Shown here: positions 12,751 through 26,860 of the stretch, one piece after another
Layout: every line of letters starts with the position of its first letter
How positions within the stretch are numbered: position 1 is the first letter of the stretch
Origin: Schizosaccharomyces osmophilus
Taxonomy: Eukaryota
NCBI RefSeq assembly: GCF_027921745.1
Contig: NC_079238.1
Coordinates: forward strand, 3,410,001 to 3,474,000
Direction: 5' to 3'
DNA length: 64,000 nucleotides
Made by a program: the position numbers and the translations under genes
The notes under the pieces: model-generated
Told to the model about the DNA's origin: nothing
Seen by the model: only the letters and a program-made list of their open reading frames with translations
The model's database searches: none

Positions 12751-13844
12751 CTATACTTTGCTCATCCATTGTTCTTCATGCCATGGGCCAGCATCAGATA
12801 ACTCACAACCTTCAGAGCAATGGCAGGTTCCTCCCAAACTAGCAGGAAGGTGTTCGGCTGGAATCTGCTCTAGTAAGGCACTCTTATAGTTCGAACCTAA
12901 AACGTGAATCTTTTTCACGGTATTTTCATCAAGGTAACCTTTGATTAGATTAAAAGCGGAAGAAAATCCCCAAGGAGCATTGATGAGGTAAAATTTACCC
13001 ATTCTTTCCGGATAGTAATCCTGACTCTGTTCAATATGTTAATATGCATGAGGCAGAAAAAAAAAAAAAAAAAAGAAATGCATACGATGCTGGAAGCTTG
13101 ACGAATATAACTATATACAGAATGGATGCTAGTAATACCAACACCTTTCAAGTCCATAATGGTACAAGAAGTTTCGATAAGACCATTAAATTTACGGGAG
13201 CAAGCGGGCTAAAGACAGTTAATAACGTTTCTCCGAGGAAATATAAAAAACCAATGAACATCATGTCATATCCAAGGCAAATAAAACTTGCATCAAATAC
13301 CCATGGCTTTTGAGTAGTTACTTACAAAACGCTTAAGAGCCAACATTTCATATTCATAAACAAGATTTTGAAGCATGCGTTCGGTAGTGGTTATTTGATA
13401 AAGCTTTTTCAAATCAACGTTGCCTAATTGCTCAATGTAGACTGGACGCCCATCAATATCCGTTTTGTGGTAATACTGAGGATAGTACTTGGAAACAAGA
13501 GGCTTTTCAACATACTGAAAGTTTTTTATAAGATCAGCTACCCCAAATTCCTTCCTCCAGTTCTCGGATTTAACAAACATATCCAATGCTTGTTGCATAT
13601 TAAATTTACGGGCACGTAGAAAACGCAACTGTTCCCATTCAGTTAGCTCAGCCAAACATTTTCGAGTAATCCGTTAAGCACATACCAATGTAGCATCATC
13701 CAATCTTACAGAATAGCCCATCTTTTTTAATTCTGAACGAAAGCTATCCAATGTTTCTTGTTGGGATGCAGTTAGATGTCCAGGATGACCCACAGGGTCA
13801 TGAGGGTTACTGGAAGGATACGGATCAGAAACCAATTCCGACAT
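12751..13844 (-). CDS. spo20: Sec14 phosphatidylinositol/phosphatidylcholine transfer protein, 3 introns
   Basis: Spliced product [31 protein letters not shown]/..[55 protein letters not shown] domain. Confidence 0.92.
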
Positions 13845-15041
13845 TTTTATATTTTTTACTGATCTTGTCTATTGAGCGACTTGTAAACTCTCAGGAGTTA
13901 TTCTCTTGAATAGTCAAGGAGTGTGAAGTTCGTCTGTTGTGAGAAGGAAATTGTGAAGTATGACATGAAGCAGTTAACCCCCACTTAGGTCTGGATGGAT
14001 ATTGCTTAATCGAAGAACGATGCTAAAATCCGTGGATGTATGGAATCGGAAGGCTCAAGCTAGTGAAATTTCTTCTTTAAGATAATACTTTGTAATATTG
14101 CTATAACGTACGAAATGGATTGAAAAGAAAAACAAACAAAAGTTCAGACAGAAACTAGGAGGCTCTTTGAAATGGTCTTTAATTGAACCTCATTTAATTA
14201 TAAAAATATTAAAGGAGTAATCTTAATGAAAAGGATCGATACGCTAGACAATGGCTCATCATGAGGGTTCGGTTTCTGGGAAATGATATATAAACAAACC
14301 TTTTCATGGTTGTAGTAGACTAATAAAGAGCCATTGTCAGTCACTTCATAAATTAAAGAATGTGTATGATTATAAACCGTAAACTTTTGTCAATGGGTTA
14401 ATGACGGTAGCTTTGACGGATTGCGTCCTGAAAAGTAAATAGTCTAGCAGTTTCATTCTTTCATTTAGATTCCTCTTCAAACCATTTCTTCTATTTCTAT
14501 TGCTTCCTTTTTGTTTTGAATAAACTCGGTGAATTTATAATATACTCTTTTTCTTTACATTTTTCTTTATTTACTTATTTAACTCCTCGCTTAAGTAACT
14601 TTGTAATATTAAGTTTCTTTACCGAGAATTAGAACTGGTCATATCCATTTCGGATTCTACCTTTGAGAGATATTCACCTACCTGAAATTGAAGTTTTGGA
14701 TTCACCAATTCCCGCTACCGTTGTTTGTAAGATTATTGGATTTTTCAATCTTAAGTAAACAGATTAACTTAAAACGCTAAAAAAATATTGCGATTCGACG
14801 CAACTGGTTTAGAAAATAATTCATCGGAGTTTTGGATATATTTGCTGTATTTTGGTCACAATTCATATTTAAAATAGATTTTTTCTGTATATTGTTTTGT
14901 TCTTTAGCTCATTTCCCAATATTCTAATTTGCGTTCAATAAACGTAAAAAACTCCAAAACGACCAGTGCTTTTATTGATGCATTGCTAATCCAAATAAGC
15001 AACTTATAAAGCCCCTTCATTTCTTGGAATAAAATTTTGCA

Positions 15042-17302
15042 ATGGACTCGACCAAAGAGAGTATCCACGCTGAAGGCAATGAACCTTCGAACGAGAAATC
15101 AAATTTGTCCGAACAGCCCTCTGCGCAAACGGAAGTTGAAGATACAGAAGCAAATGATTCCACCGATGTAACTACCGTTTCCAATACAGGAAATATTGTT
15201 ACAGAATCTGCCCCAAAACAGGAAAATCAATTTGAAACCGACGAAAGGAACATCGAACCCGCTTTACCTTGGAATAACAATGGCTATGAAAAAGCTGAAG
15301 CTGAAGAGGAAGAGGAAGATGATGAAGACGACGTTTATTCGCCTCCGGAACCTGCTTCGGAACTCTCTACCCAAGAAGAAAACCATATGAATGAACCAAA
15401 TTCTTCTACAGATGAGAAACTGGCTGAGTCGAATATTGAACAGAGTAGTTATGCATCATTTAATTCTCCGTTGCACAGGACAAATCCTGATCCCTTGAAC
15501 GAACATACAAAAGTATCCGTTCCTAACCAAACCATCTCTTCAGATCCTTCTGTTCCTAATTCTGGTGTTGATTCTCACACGAAGGAAATAGCTTCGAGTA
15601 AGATGTATGAGCCAACTCCAATGAACGCGAATACTAGCATACCACCCCAGTTTTCATCAGGGCATTCACCAGTTCCAACTCCTAATCTGGATAGTATATT
15701 GAAAGGAATCGATGTTGACAAAGTGCTGGCTGCTGTAAATAACAATGAAAAATCAAGCGACTCCGCATTCCAAAATGCTACTGCGGCCTATACTCCTAAC
15801 ATCCAGGATAGGCCGTCAGAGAATACTTCATCGTCTTCTATAAGTTTAAGCCATTCACCCAATTTTAGTGAAATTGCCACCGTACCAAAAAATTTTGTTC
15901 CTTTTTCAGAATATGATCCTGAAGAAATCCCAAAACCACAGGAACTAGAATATAATGGCGAATTCTCTGGTCCTCCGTTCTCTGATACACGCCCACCTGA
16001 ACCATTTCTACGGTTTCACCCGGAAGACGAAGAAGCCTATCAATTATTTTTACAAGAAGAGGCAAAAATTATGTCTAATTGGTATCCTGGACAATTTCCG
16101 TCTTCTTCTCGGCTTTTCCTGGGACATTTGCAGAAAGAGAACAACATATCCAAGCGAGAAGTTTGGAAATCATTTCAAAATTATGGAAGACTTGCTCAAG
16201 TTGTACTAAAGCCGACTTACGGCTTCGTTCAGTTCTTTACTGACGAAGCATGCGCTCGGGCGTTAGAAGGCATGCAAGGGAAATACATACAAAATCAAAG
16301 ACTTTATTTAGAAATTTCCAAGCTGCAAAAAAAATATCAAAATCAAATCGATTCTACGAAGAAAGGTCCAATTAAGGGAACATCGGCTCCGATGTATGGC
16401 TCAGCCAATCCTCCAACATGGTACGATTTTATTTTATTTTATTTTTTTATTTTACGAACGATAAACTAATGAATGACAGGAAAAAAAGGTCGAGATCTCC
16501 ATCGCTTTACGCTAGCAAACGATCAGAGAAAAAGCCTGCTTTACAAGGATTACCGAAGGTTCAGGTAGATTGTCAGATTTTTATCGTCGATGATACTCCA
16601 ATTGAGTTTGTATATAAAGTAGAAAATGCTTTTCGTGAAAGATCTTTGAATGTAGCATTAACCTCTTTAACTCCGAAACTATCATTGCAAGCACTAGTTC
16701 ATCAGTGCATTGTAGATGGAGTCCCAGCTATTGTGTACGTTACGTCTCGTTTAAGTCAAATTGGTTGTATTTCTGTTCAAACGTTTCAACGAACGGAAAC
16801 TATGAGCGAAATCCGATATGATGGTAAGTTTATTTTAATAAAAGAAATATGGAATATTAACCGTTGAAAAGAATACGCAAATACTGAACTATACACAGCT
16901 ATGGAGTTGGTTCAACGCTCAAAAAATGCATGGTTTGCAATGAATCCTTCAGGATTTCCAACAACTACTCCAATTAATCCTTACCAAGTACCATCAAATG
17001 ATCAAATTTCTCAAATCGTTAGCCATTCCAACCCACACCTTTCATCGATGCTTGGATCCCTTGATTCTAACACTCTTCATCAGTTGTTGGACGTTATTAA
17101 AACCGATCCATCTCCCCTTTCAGAACCCAATTCTAATCTACAAAACGACTATCCAGTTTATGAAGCACCGAATTTTGGTATGAATGAGCGTAAGCTCAAT
17201 AATCTACCAGTTGCTGGAGCACCTTCCAATCTTTACCCTGAGCAAAACCAAAAACAATTTGAACATATTTTAGAACAATTGACAGCTCTGCAAAATCCTT
17301 GA
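15042..17302 (+). CDS. nab3: RRM RNA-binding protein, Nab3 orthologue; 2 introns (~16421-16480, ~16824-16872)
   Basis: Acidic disordered N-terminus, RRM SRLFLGHL..YGFVQF and C-terminal ILEQLTALQ. Three consecutive ORFs are joined by canonical introns. Confidence 0.82.
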
Positions 17303-17751
17303 CCAATTCAAATTGACTCTAAAATTTTTCTGATTTCTCTTTTTGATGATCAGTTCCATGATGATTTATTATACTTATAATACATAGAATATTGGTTTTT
17401 CGAATTTTATTTAAAGAAATAAAAATAAAAGCATTATTGATTAAATATTTTTGTCAACTCAATTCATCACTAAGTCATGAATCTTATGGTGAGCGACTTT
17501 ATTCTTTTTTATTCTAGAGCCAAACATTATTTAAAGCCTGGTACAATAAAACAGGTGAAATTCCAAAGATTTCAATCGAGTTTCATTATAATAAACAATG
17601 AAGGAAAAATTACTTTTTCGAAAAGTAAGAAAAAGAGTATAAAATAGTAAGTTTGCGGATGAAATTGAGTTGCAGAAACTTTCTCTGGAAATAGCCTATA
17701 ATGTGAATTAACTAACAGGAAAAAGTAAAAATCACTTTAATAAATATAAAA

Positions 17752-19449
17752 ATGCCTCCCTCAAGTACACCAAAACAGCGCAGGAGAACCCCTAAATCAT
17801 GCCTCAATTGTCGACGACGAAAGTTAAAATGCGACCGTCAACACCCATGTTCTCGCTGTAAAGAACGATCCGAACGATGCGTATTTGCAGAAGGACAGGA
17901 AGTTGGGGATGCTTCGCCGGAAGCGAATGATCAATCGCGATGTACTACTTCACGCGAATCTGTGAATTTAACAACAAATGGAAGCAAAAAGCCTTCTGAA
18001 ATAGTTGAAACAACACAAAAAAAAATTGAGTTTTATGGTTGGAAAACCTTTTTAGAACTTGTCCGCAGCAAGAAACCAGACTACAAAGCCAACCCCAAAT
18101 TTCGCTGCTTGGAACGAAACAATGCAAGAATATCTGTTCCTCTTCCTGAAGAAATACTTGCTTTTTTTCCTCCGTACTTTGTGTCAAAAGCCTTAGTGGA
18201 ACAGTATTTGGACACAACGAACGAATTATTTCCAATTTTTTATCGGCCTGAATTAGAAAATTACTTAATGGCATTGCAAGTTTCCGGACTGTATTCAATT
18301 CCTTCTGATGGTATCCTTCTTTTGTTATGTATAATTAATCATGTACTTGAAGCAATTGATTTACCGTTAGAAGCAAGAAATTATTTTGCGAGCATCGATT
18401 ACAAGCCATCGGACTTATCAGAAATGATTACAAATGCAGTGGATGGATATGTTTCTAATATGAAACAGTGTGAAAACGTTGGGAATATTACTAAAATTCA
18501 GTACTTCATTGCTCAGGCTCTTTATAATATGAAAAAGCGGATGCGCGGGGTCAATATAGCTCTGTGTCAATCTATAAACCTTTCGATTCGTGTGACTCCT
18601 ATTTATCAGTTAGATAACGTTTCTAATGAAGTAAATACTGACTTATGGCTTACAATATGTGAGATTGATGCTATGGAGCATATATTTAAAAGCCGAAATT
18701 GTTGGGTTCAACGAGACGTTTTTGGAAGACTTCAGCCTAGGAGGAATTTTTTTTCAGATGAGAAAACATTTCAGTATCACACATTACTTGGAAAGCTATT
18801 AAATTGCGGACTTGACATACAAAAAGCGGTGCATACTTCAACAGTCCAAGAATATTTGGGAAAATTGAACGACTTTGACGTTGATTTATCTCTTATTTTG
18901 ACTTCTATTGAATCTCTTTTTTTTGGAGTTTGTGACTCAGCTAATATATTTCGATATGACTTTTTGCGTTTGATATTTTGGGCTATACGGAAAAATTTGT
19001 ATCAGTGCTTCCTTACAGTTGAACATGAGAAACTACCAGAACCCAATCAAATTTTTGAGAAGCTGGCTATTGCTTGTATTCAGGCATGTCGCATAACCAC
19101 AAGTTCGTATGAGAACTTCATTCGGTTTGATCTCCTTAGAATAGCATCCTTGGAGTCTATTACTTGCTTACTTATTTTACCGTTTTGTCAGGAACGTGGT
19201 TTTAGGTTACCTAATGATTGCATTGAGATGGTGTACAATGTAAAAAATATAAACTCAATCATACAAAATGAAGAGCATGTCCGAGAAGGAGTTGAGTACA
19301 TGTTAGATTTCATTCTTTCTACAATGGAGTCGAACCCGTCAAAATATCTAGACATGGAATCTGACCATTTCAGTGACGATCCTTTAAAATTCTTTTCGGA
19401 CATGTTTAGTATTCCGCCCAGCTTTTTCTTTTTTCAACATCAACCTTGA
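17752..19449 (+). CDS. Zn(II)2Cys6 fungal transcription factor
   Basis: CLNCRRRKLKCDRQHPCSRCKERSERC binuclear cluster followed by a fungal TF middle region. Confidence 0.92.
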   Translation: MPPSSTPKQRRRTPKSCLNCRRRKLKCDRQHPCSRCKERSERCVFAEGQEVGDASPEANDQSRCTTSRESVNLTTNGSKKPSEIVETTQKKIEFYGWKTFLELVRSKKPDYKANPKFRCLERNNARISVPLPEEILAFFPPYFVSKALVEQYLDTTNELFPIFYRPELENYLMALQVSGLYSIPSDGILLLLCIINHVLEAIDLPLEARNYFASIDYKPSDLSEMITNAVDGYVSNMKQCENVGNITKIQYFIAQALYNMKKRMRGVNIALCQSINLSIRVTPIYQLDNVSNEVNTDLWLTICEIDAMEHIFKSRNCWVQRDVFGRLQPRRNFFSDEKTFQYHTLLGKLLNCGLDIQKAVHTSTVQEYLGKLNDFDVDLSLILTSIESLFFGVCDSANIFRYDFLRLIFWAIRKNLYQCFLTVEHEKLPEPNQIFEKLAIACIQACRITTSSYENFIRFDLLRIASLESITCLLILPFCQERGFRLPNDCIEMVYNVKNINSIIQNEEHVREGVEYMLDFILSTMESNPSKYLDMESDHFSDDPLKFFSDMFSIPPSFFFFQHQP

Positions 19450-19770
19450 GAATGTTTAATTATGCTATACTAGTCTAATTAGTATAGTTTAGAATATGGC
19501 ATAAGGAATGTAACACATATTTAATGCCATTTAGCAATACTGCTTCTAATTTCGTGTAGTACAATTAAATCACGACAAACGAAAAAAAAAAACCTGCTTA
19601 GTATTAATAAAACTTATTTTTTTACCGCTACTTTTTTCTCTTCCTATTCTCTCTAAAACCACGAAAAAACTTCTACTTCCGAACTGCTTAACCCTATGCT
19701 TGTCGGGCGATCCTCAGGGACTATCCACGTACCCAGTGTCAATTCTTGTGAATCAAAATTTATAAAAAAG

Positions 19771-20375
19771 ATGGCAAATTCGTAGGTTAAAAATGATAAG
19801 AATTAAAAGAAAAAACTAACTTAATTAGGAATCCTCGCGGAATCCCTGGTGCGCAGTTTTTTGAGTTTACACAGTTGTCTATGGAAGATGCACAGAAACA
19901 TCTGGAGAAATTTCAAGAGGCGATTGCGTACGTGTAGATATTTTACTTAATTTATACTTACATATTTAGAAAATACAAATTTATGGAAACAAGCATCGTT
20001 CGACGAGTTGCTGGTTTGGATGATAAAATCCCAGACATCGCCAAAACTTTGCAGACAGTGGAATTTATGAAAAAGAAGAAGGGTGAATCTTTCAATGTTT
20101 TATATGAACTTAATGATACGTTACATACCAGAGCAGAAGTGGAAGCTAGTGAGAAGGTATATTTATGGCTAGGAGCTAATGTCATGTTGGAATATTCGGT
20201 GGAAGAAGCTGAAGCTCTACTCACACAAAAGTTGAACGCTGCTCAAGAAACTATGAAGGTTTGTAAGGAAGACTTGGAGTTTTTGCGGGCTCAAATTACT
20301 ACCATGGAGGTTAATACAGCTCGTGTGTACAACCATACCGTATCTTTAAAAAAGGCAAGCGCTCCCCAAAAATAA
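19771..20375 (+). CDS. pac10: Prefoldin subunit 3 (Pac10/Gim2), 2 introns
   Basis: Spliced MANSNPRGIPGAQFF..EKFQEAIA/KYKFME; VYLWLGANVMLEY and QITTMEVNTARVYN signatures. Confidence 0.9.
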
Positions 20376-21062
20376 ACTAAGGTTCTCTTCTAGTGATACT
20401 GTTTTTCAATACTTCTGATAAGGTACATAAAATGATATATGTTATATAGTGGATATAGATAGTTTTCCTTTTGGTAAATGAGTGAATGATACAAAAGTAT
20501 ACCACAAACAAACAAACATTAAAAGTCCTTTAACAGGTCAGTTACCGTCATCTAAGTATACTGTATTTAATAATTTAATAAGGCTGGTTTGTAACAATTT
20601 TACTTCACTTAACAAAGCTACCTTAAAAACAATAAACCATACTTATTACACTAGGTTAAAATAATTGCAACAACGTTATTTATTAAAATCTTTGGTGTCA
20701 AAAGACTAACAAATTTAGGATAATTACCTTCAATGGAATGGTATGTAACAAAATTAATCAGCAGTGAATAAATAATTGAATCAACCAATAGAAGTACAAA
20801 GAATAATGATCTAACAAAAGACTAAGCTGTCAAGAATAAAAACCTTTTCAAGTCACCCATATTAAAATAAAATTATAATGATGAACGAAAAAGAAAGACA
20901 TATCAACTTTGTGGAGATGAAAAATCATCACAAACCTCCACTCCATTCACAGATTGACAAATATTAATGTACCATTTCGTCTTCATGAATGTTGGGATAG
21001 ATAGAAATAGTAGCACAAAAGACTAACTTACTGTACAGGTATGAAAAGAGTGACAGTTTCCG

Positions 21063-22331
21063 TTAAGGTATGTGACTCGCATCAAAAATAGATGATGACA
21101 CATTGGATCCTTTGCCTGTGGAAGCATTGGCTGGACTAGGCAATCTTGAAGACGAAGAAGAATCAATCGACCAATCATGGTCAACATCAGCAAGTTCCAA
21201 GTTGTTTAATCCATTCAAAAATGCGACAGCACTTGGATTTTGCTCGAATGAATCTCTGCCAAGAAGGTAGGGACTGCCAGTGTTAACCATGTTCGAGTTG
21301 GATTTTTCGGACAGTCCATGACCGTGAATAACAAACTCATATTCCCAACGCAAGATTTTGCCAGTCTGTACCTGAGGTAAGCGCAACTTTTGAGCAATGA
21401 CAAAGCAAGTGAATGCCAAGCACATGCCACCCACTAGATCCACAAAGTAGTGATGGTTCAAATACATTGTACACCAACAAAGCCAACATACGTAAAAGTA
21501 AAAAGGGAAGCGATATGCGGGAAAAACATGAGAAAGGAATAGAGCTTCAAGCATAGCCCATCCAGCATGTAAGGAAGGAAAAGCACCGAAAACAATAGGT
21601 GAATTGTTGAACCCGGTCGTATAGGTTGATGTACCAAATAATGCATCAATTCTAGCGAGACCACCAGGGGAACCTCGAATCGAATATGTAGCCGGTGTAA
21701 GTCCATACATATCCTCGTACCAAGGAGGAGAACAAGGAAATATCATTTGAATGAGAACACCGGTCAAATTCATGTAACCAAAAGTACGAGCCCACACAGG
21801 AAGAGTTCCTGGGGGAGCAAAAATGAACAGAACAAATGATATAACGATGGGAGCTGAGTAATGAACGACACCGTAAGGAAGCCAAGCAAGGACATCTAAG
21901 ATGCTATGTGTGCTTTTAGATAAAATATCTGAGAGATTGGACCCATAAAGAATGTTCTCAAGCGTTGGAAGAACACGAACCCAGATAGGAGGTCGCCAGC
22001 GCTCAGGAACGAAACGACATGAATAAAATAAAATGGCCCAAGTAATAATGACAATAGCAGGGAAAAAGATTTGTCGGGTTAAAGGAACAGTCAGAGCGGT
22101 ACCTAACAAAATAGTAAAAAATATCTTTCCCCAAAAGCCTGGAAACTGAACAACGGCAAAGCAGAAGGCAAGAACACCCAAAAGGAGAATATATTGAAGG
22201 TGAATCCAAGACCACTTTGTATTTTTCAACAAATAAAAAGTATCCATTGGGTTTAAACTGGTTTCCAACCGAAACTGAGAGGGCCGACGGCAAGCGCTAA
22301 GGCGCTTTTTCAAGACTAACAACGCAGACAT
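21063..22331 (-). CDS. aur1: Inositol phosphorylceramide synthase (aureobasidin A target)
   Basis: RPPIWVRVLPTLENILYG, GAFPSLHAG and YLNHHYFVDL PAP2-like catalytic motifs; multiple TM segments. Confidence 0.95.
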   Translation of the reverse strand: MSALLVLKKRLSACRRPSQFRLETSLNPMDTFYLLKNTKWSWIHLQYILLLGVLAFCFAVVQFPGFWGKIFFTILLGTALTVPLTRQIFFPAIVIITWAILFYSCRFVPERWRPPIWVRVLPTLENILYGSNLSDILSKSTHSILDVLAWLPYGVVHYSAPIVISFVLFIFAPPGTLPVWARTFGYMNLTGVLIQMIFPCSPPWYEDMYGLTPATYSIRGSPGGLARIDALFGTSTYTTGFNNSPIVFGAFPSLHAGWAMLEALFLSHVFPAYRFPFYFYVCWLCWCTMYLNHHYFVDLVGGMCLAFTCFVIAQKLRLPQVQTGKILRWEYEFVIHGHGLSEKSNSNMVNTGSPYLLGRDSFEQNPSAVAFLNGLNNLELADVDHDWSIDSSSSSRLPSPANASTGKGSNVSSSIFDASHIP

Positions 22332-23517
22332 AATTAAGTCTTCGAGTTCGGAAACGATTAATTAAATTTAAGAGAAATTAAATAAAAAGAATATAAAAAG
22401 GTACCAAAACCTCCAAAGATCCTCAACTAAAGTAAAAACAGCAGAATTCCTTCTTGGCTGCAAGCAATTCAAAAGCTTCAAATCCAAGATTGTCAAACGA
22501 AGGAAGACACAGTATTTTGCTGTTACGTCTAATATTTTTTATGCAACTGTCGAAAATGTTCCGATTTCCTGCTGTCCTGATGCAAATTAAAGATTTTTTC
22601 ACTACAAACAGTGGTCACGCAAAAAATCAAGTGCAAATTGATATCTATTGATGCTGAATTCTTTTACCCACTTACACCGAGCTTTAATATCGTAAATCTT
22701 CGTCCAAAACGAAGCAATTGACGAAAAAACTCAACTCTTGAGATTTGTTGTAGCGGGCTAAAGGATGGTCAGCATTCCCAGTACAAGACACTTTTAATTT
22801 TCGGAAGTGTAACAACCACGGTATTCGGAAGCGAAACATTGGTACTTCCCGATAGGAAGCCGAAGTAACATGCTTTCGCCCGACACCCCATAAAATCTCC
22901 TTATGACTAGAAAATCGGGTAACAATGTATTTTCTTGCCAGTTACTTCTTGTTTATAAAATTGTTTGTTTACATGGCTATGAAGGCAATGAATGCTGCAA
23001 TTTTAAAGGAGACATACAAAACAAAGTATATCTTTTCCTTAGGAAGAAAATCGAATCATGATCATGGGAAAACCATCACAAAAATGGAGGATTTGCAAAG
23101 AAACTTTTTTGCGGCGGTACGAGCTTAATTTCGGCAATAAAACTGTTATAGAAAAAGGATAAGGACTGAAACTACAATGATAGGAAAAAAAAACGAGGAA
23201 TTTCGACCAAGAAACTAAATAGAAAGGGATTCATTGCTAACAACTCAATATCGTTTTTGAATATCAAGACTCGCTAGTATGATATATGAGATGCAATGAA
23301 CGAACATCTCTAGAGCAGAGCATTGCTTTGCATGTTCTCAGTTGTTTAAGCATTGGAGAAGCCAAGTTGCTCTTTATTCACGAAATCAGAATTTTTTATT
23401 GCCAAAATATCAAGTGAAGCTTCTTATACATTTACCTTTTAGGAAATAATGGCAATCTAGCATCACTTGCATACTGGCCAGAGTCATTGTTGGATCTTTC
23501 ATCAACTATAAATTTGG

Positions 23518-23546
23518 ATATACATATATATATATATATACATATA
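23518..23546. repeat. Imperfect (TA)n microsatellite
   Basis: atatacatatatatatatatatacatata. Confidence 0.85.
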
Positions 23547-23611
23547 GAATTGCAAGGACAGCTACGATTTGAAGAACTTTGAATTCTCAAGTTTTAAAAA
23601 CGGCTTTCATT

Positions 23612-26600
23612 ATGGAGCTAATTCATCCTTCAGGTATGTTTTGCTGGGCTTTTTTCATCGGACATTATGAAGAGATGCCACTCTTGTTACTAGGGTCTCC
23701 GTCTTCGCTTTTGCTAGCATATTTCAGTACGCAGCACGGGTTGCACCAAGTAGAATTGAAGTGTCTAGCCGTCCGAGTGCGGACTATGGCCTGGGTCTCC
23801 TCTGGACAGAACTTATCTTCCAAAGATTTACCTATTGGATTTTTGGTTGCTACTACTGAAGTGGGCACTTGCTGGACCTTTCAAGTTGAGCTTCAAAAAG
23901 ATGGTCGCTTTTCTATCCAGCATTGTAATGAACGTTACATTGACCCCATACAGTCTTGTGAGGAACAACTTGGCAAAAACATTGATATTTGTCCGAATGC
24001 ACCCTATTTGGCTACAAGTTCTTTCTCTGGGGAGTTGCTTTTCTATTCACAATCGTTTTTGGAAGACAAGACGCCAACTTTCATTAAGTTAGGTTTAGAA
24101 GGTACCATCCTTCATAGCACCTTTTTGTTTCCTAAGCGCTCCTCCCTGTCTTGTGTGACATATGTGTGTTTACTTCTTGAATCCAGTGGAACGCCTCGTA
24201 TTGTTATATATCGATGGATCCAAGGTATTTCCTCTTCGAACAGCACTTCCTATACGTCACATTCAATTCCAGTTCCGCTAGAGTTTGCTGTCACATCACA
24301 TATACTAGCTTGTCCTGAACTACCCGACCATTTCCTGCTGCTTTTGGAAAATAAGCTCTGCTTACTATCTGCTTCACAGATTGAATGCGGTGATCTAAAG
24401 TTCTTACAAGAAACACTACCGACATATCAGTCTCCCTCTTTTCCGCTTTCATTGGTCATTGATCCCACAGTACCCAATACGTGCTATTTGGTGTATGAAA
24501 ATGGTGCTCTCATCCACGTTCGCTTTTCAGTTGTTTCAATGGACTTCTTCTATATCGGCCGTTTAAATAGCCCTTTGGGTAATTATCTTCTTCCCTTTTA
24601 TCCTTATTTATTATGCTGTGGTGATGGTTATGACACTTCTGTATATGATGTTTCTTCTTTAAATTTAAGCCTGATTGCGACAATGCCTAGCTGGTCTCCA
24701 ATGTGGGACTTTGTCTACACAGGCGATTTCCAAAACATTCTTTTGGATGAGGAAGTTTTAGATAGCACGTGCTACGCAGTTTCTGGAATTGGGGAATCTG
24801 GTGCTCTTGTCAAACTGCGTCATGGTTGTTCGGTTTCAGTCCTATTAGAAGCATTAATGACAGAAGGAGCTCTTTTAAAAGGAGTTTTAGAGTCTTTAGA
24901 AGACTCTTTGTTTTATGTTTGGCTAAATTATCCTTGGCAAACTCTAGTATTAAAACTTCAGATGGATGGTACCGTTGAAGATATTTCAGAAAGCCTGGCT
25001 TTGGAAGATTCATTATCCCTTGACATTGCCTTGATCAACGAAACATTTCTGATCGTTACAGATCGATCGGTTTACACTGTAACTCCAGACTTTTCACAAA
25101 ATATCCTTATGCAATCTCCAGACATCGAGGATTTTATTCTCTCAATACATACAGAAAACATGCTTTATGTCGTTAGTACAAATAAGGAAACCTCGGAGTC
25201 CTTCTTATATGCTTTTTATTTCAATTTTGATGAGGCCAAAAACTTAAACATACAAGGATTAAGTGATCCTATAAAGATTTCGTCCGTTCCTCATTGTATA
25301 ACATCATTCACATTGGGTGGATGTTCTGTGCTTGCATTAGGATACGCTTCATTAGACTTTTTGACTTATATTACCTTTCTAGACGACTCGCGATTCTCTA
25401 TATATGATGTTCCCCTTAGTGGAAATTCTCTAAACTTGTTTCCACACGAAATTTCCTTCATAAAAAAGAGTGAAGAAAAAGTTCATATAGTGTTTTCAAG
25501 TTATGAACACATTGTATCTACTCCTCTCGTTATAAACGCTGAGTGTAGGTTAGAGTTTGGGTTTCCTTCTATAAAAAAGTTGGGGACATTGCCGTTGTCC
25601 TTTCAAAATCCTTCCAACAACCCTGAATTTCTCTATGGCTGGGATGATAAAGTATATACGATAACTGTTGATGATGATACTAATGAACTGAATTTGAATG
25701 CTCTTAATGATGTTGAAAACATATTTCATTCTGTTTCTGGAATTTATGATCTTCCCGAAAAATTACAGAGGAAAAATACAAAGATAGTAGTCTATTTCTC
25801 TAATAGTACCCTTTATCTTTCGGAACTAATTCTTCCTCAGAGGACATTTGCTACAAAATACAAGGTTGGCGCTACTCCTAGGAGAGTGTTACATGATAAG
25901 TTTACCGATTTGCTTGTAGTTGGTTGCAACCACGTATATATAGAAGATTTAAAAACATGCGATTTGTTATTTTTTGACTTGAAAAGGTATGGCAATTCTA
26001 TGGCAATTCTAATTCAGCATGTCTAGTTCCAAATATTTGCAAAGATCATGGCCTTCTACTGATATAAAGGGGAAACGGATTTTTAAAAATCATGAAACGC
26101 TTTATGCGATGCAGTGTAAGTTAATCCTTAAACCCTTTTGTACGCTAATAATCTTTATTTAGTTTGGATCATTAGAGATCCTAAAAGACGAAAATTTAGG
26201 TATCTGTGTTTGGGAACTGGGATTATGAGTTCTGAATCAAGCTCAGGAAGATTACTGATCTTAACTATGATTCATAATAGTTCCACTACGGTTGAACTTC
26301 GAAGTGTGATAACGTTAAGTATGCCGCAGCCAGTGTATTCTGTATGTTCCCTCGAAGATCGAGGATTATGTTATTCATTAGGTCGTCGCCTTGGAATAAA
26401 AATATTAGATCTTGAATCCAAGAAGTTTTCTAATGGTGATTGCGAAGTTACTACGCGATCCCCAATTGTTTCAATGCATACACATAAAAACTACATATTT
26501 GCGACGAGTCTACGAGATTCCGTATCTGTGTTTGAGTATATTAAGGAAACAAATTCTTTGCACTTGGCATGCAATGATATATGTCCAGCTTTGGGTATTG

Positions 26601-26860
26601 ATTGCTACTACCTACCCCAAGAAAAACTACTTTACGGGTGTGACAAAGAGAAGCACATAACCTGTTTTAAGTATGAAGCTGGGCTTCGCACTTCACAACA
26701 TTTACAAAAATTAGAGCCAATTTTAACTCAAAAGTCAAAAAGGAAATTGCCTAGCATTACTAATAGACTCAAATATGGCTTACTTCGAAAAAACGATAAC
26801 CAAGAACAATGGGGTATAGTTGGTGGAACCATTGGAGGCGATATATACAAATCTTTTTGA
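23612..26860 (+). CDS. mms1: DDB1/Rse1/CPSF-A-like beta-propeller protein (Mms1-like cullin adaptor); 2 introns near 25988-26026 and 26116-26162; start uncertain
   Basis: 815-aa and 240-aa ORFs joined through a short exon. PSWSPMWDF..GIGESGALVKLRHG, GATPRRV and GRLLIL..PVYSVC resemble MMS1_N/CPSF_A family segments. Synteny fits. Confidence 0.7.

Noticed and set aside
25989..26010. 11-bp tandem duplication TATGGCAATTC x2 in an mms1 intron
   Set aside because: Likely neutral slippage; the splice signals remain intact.
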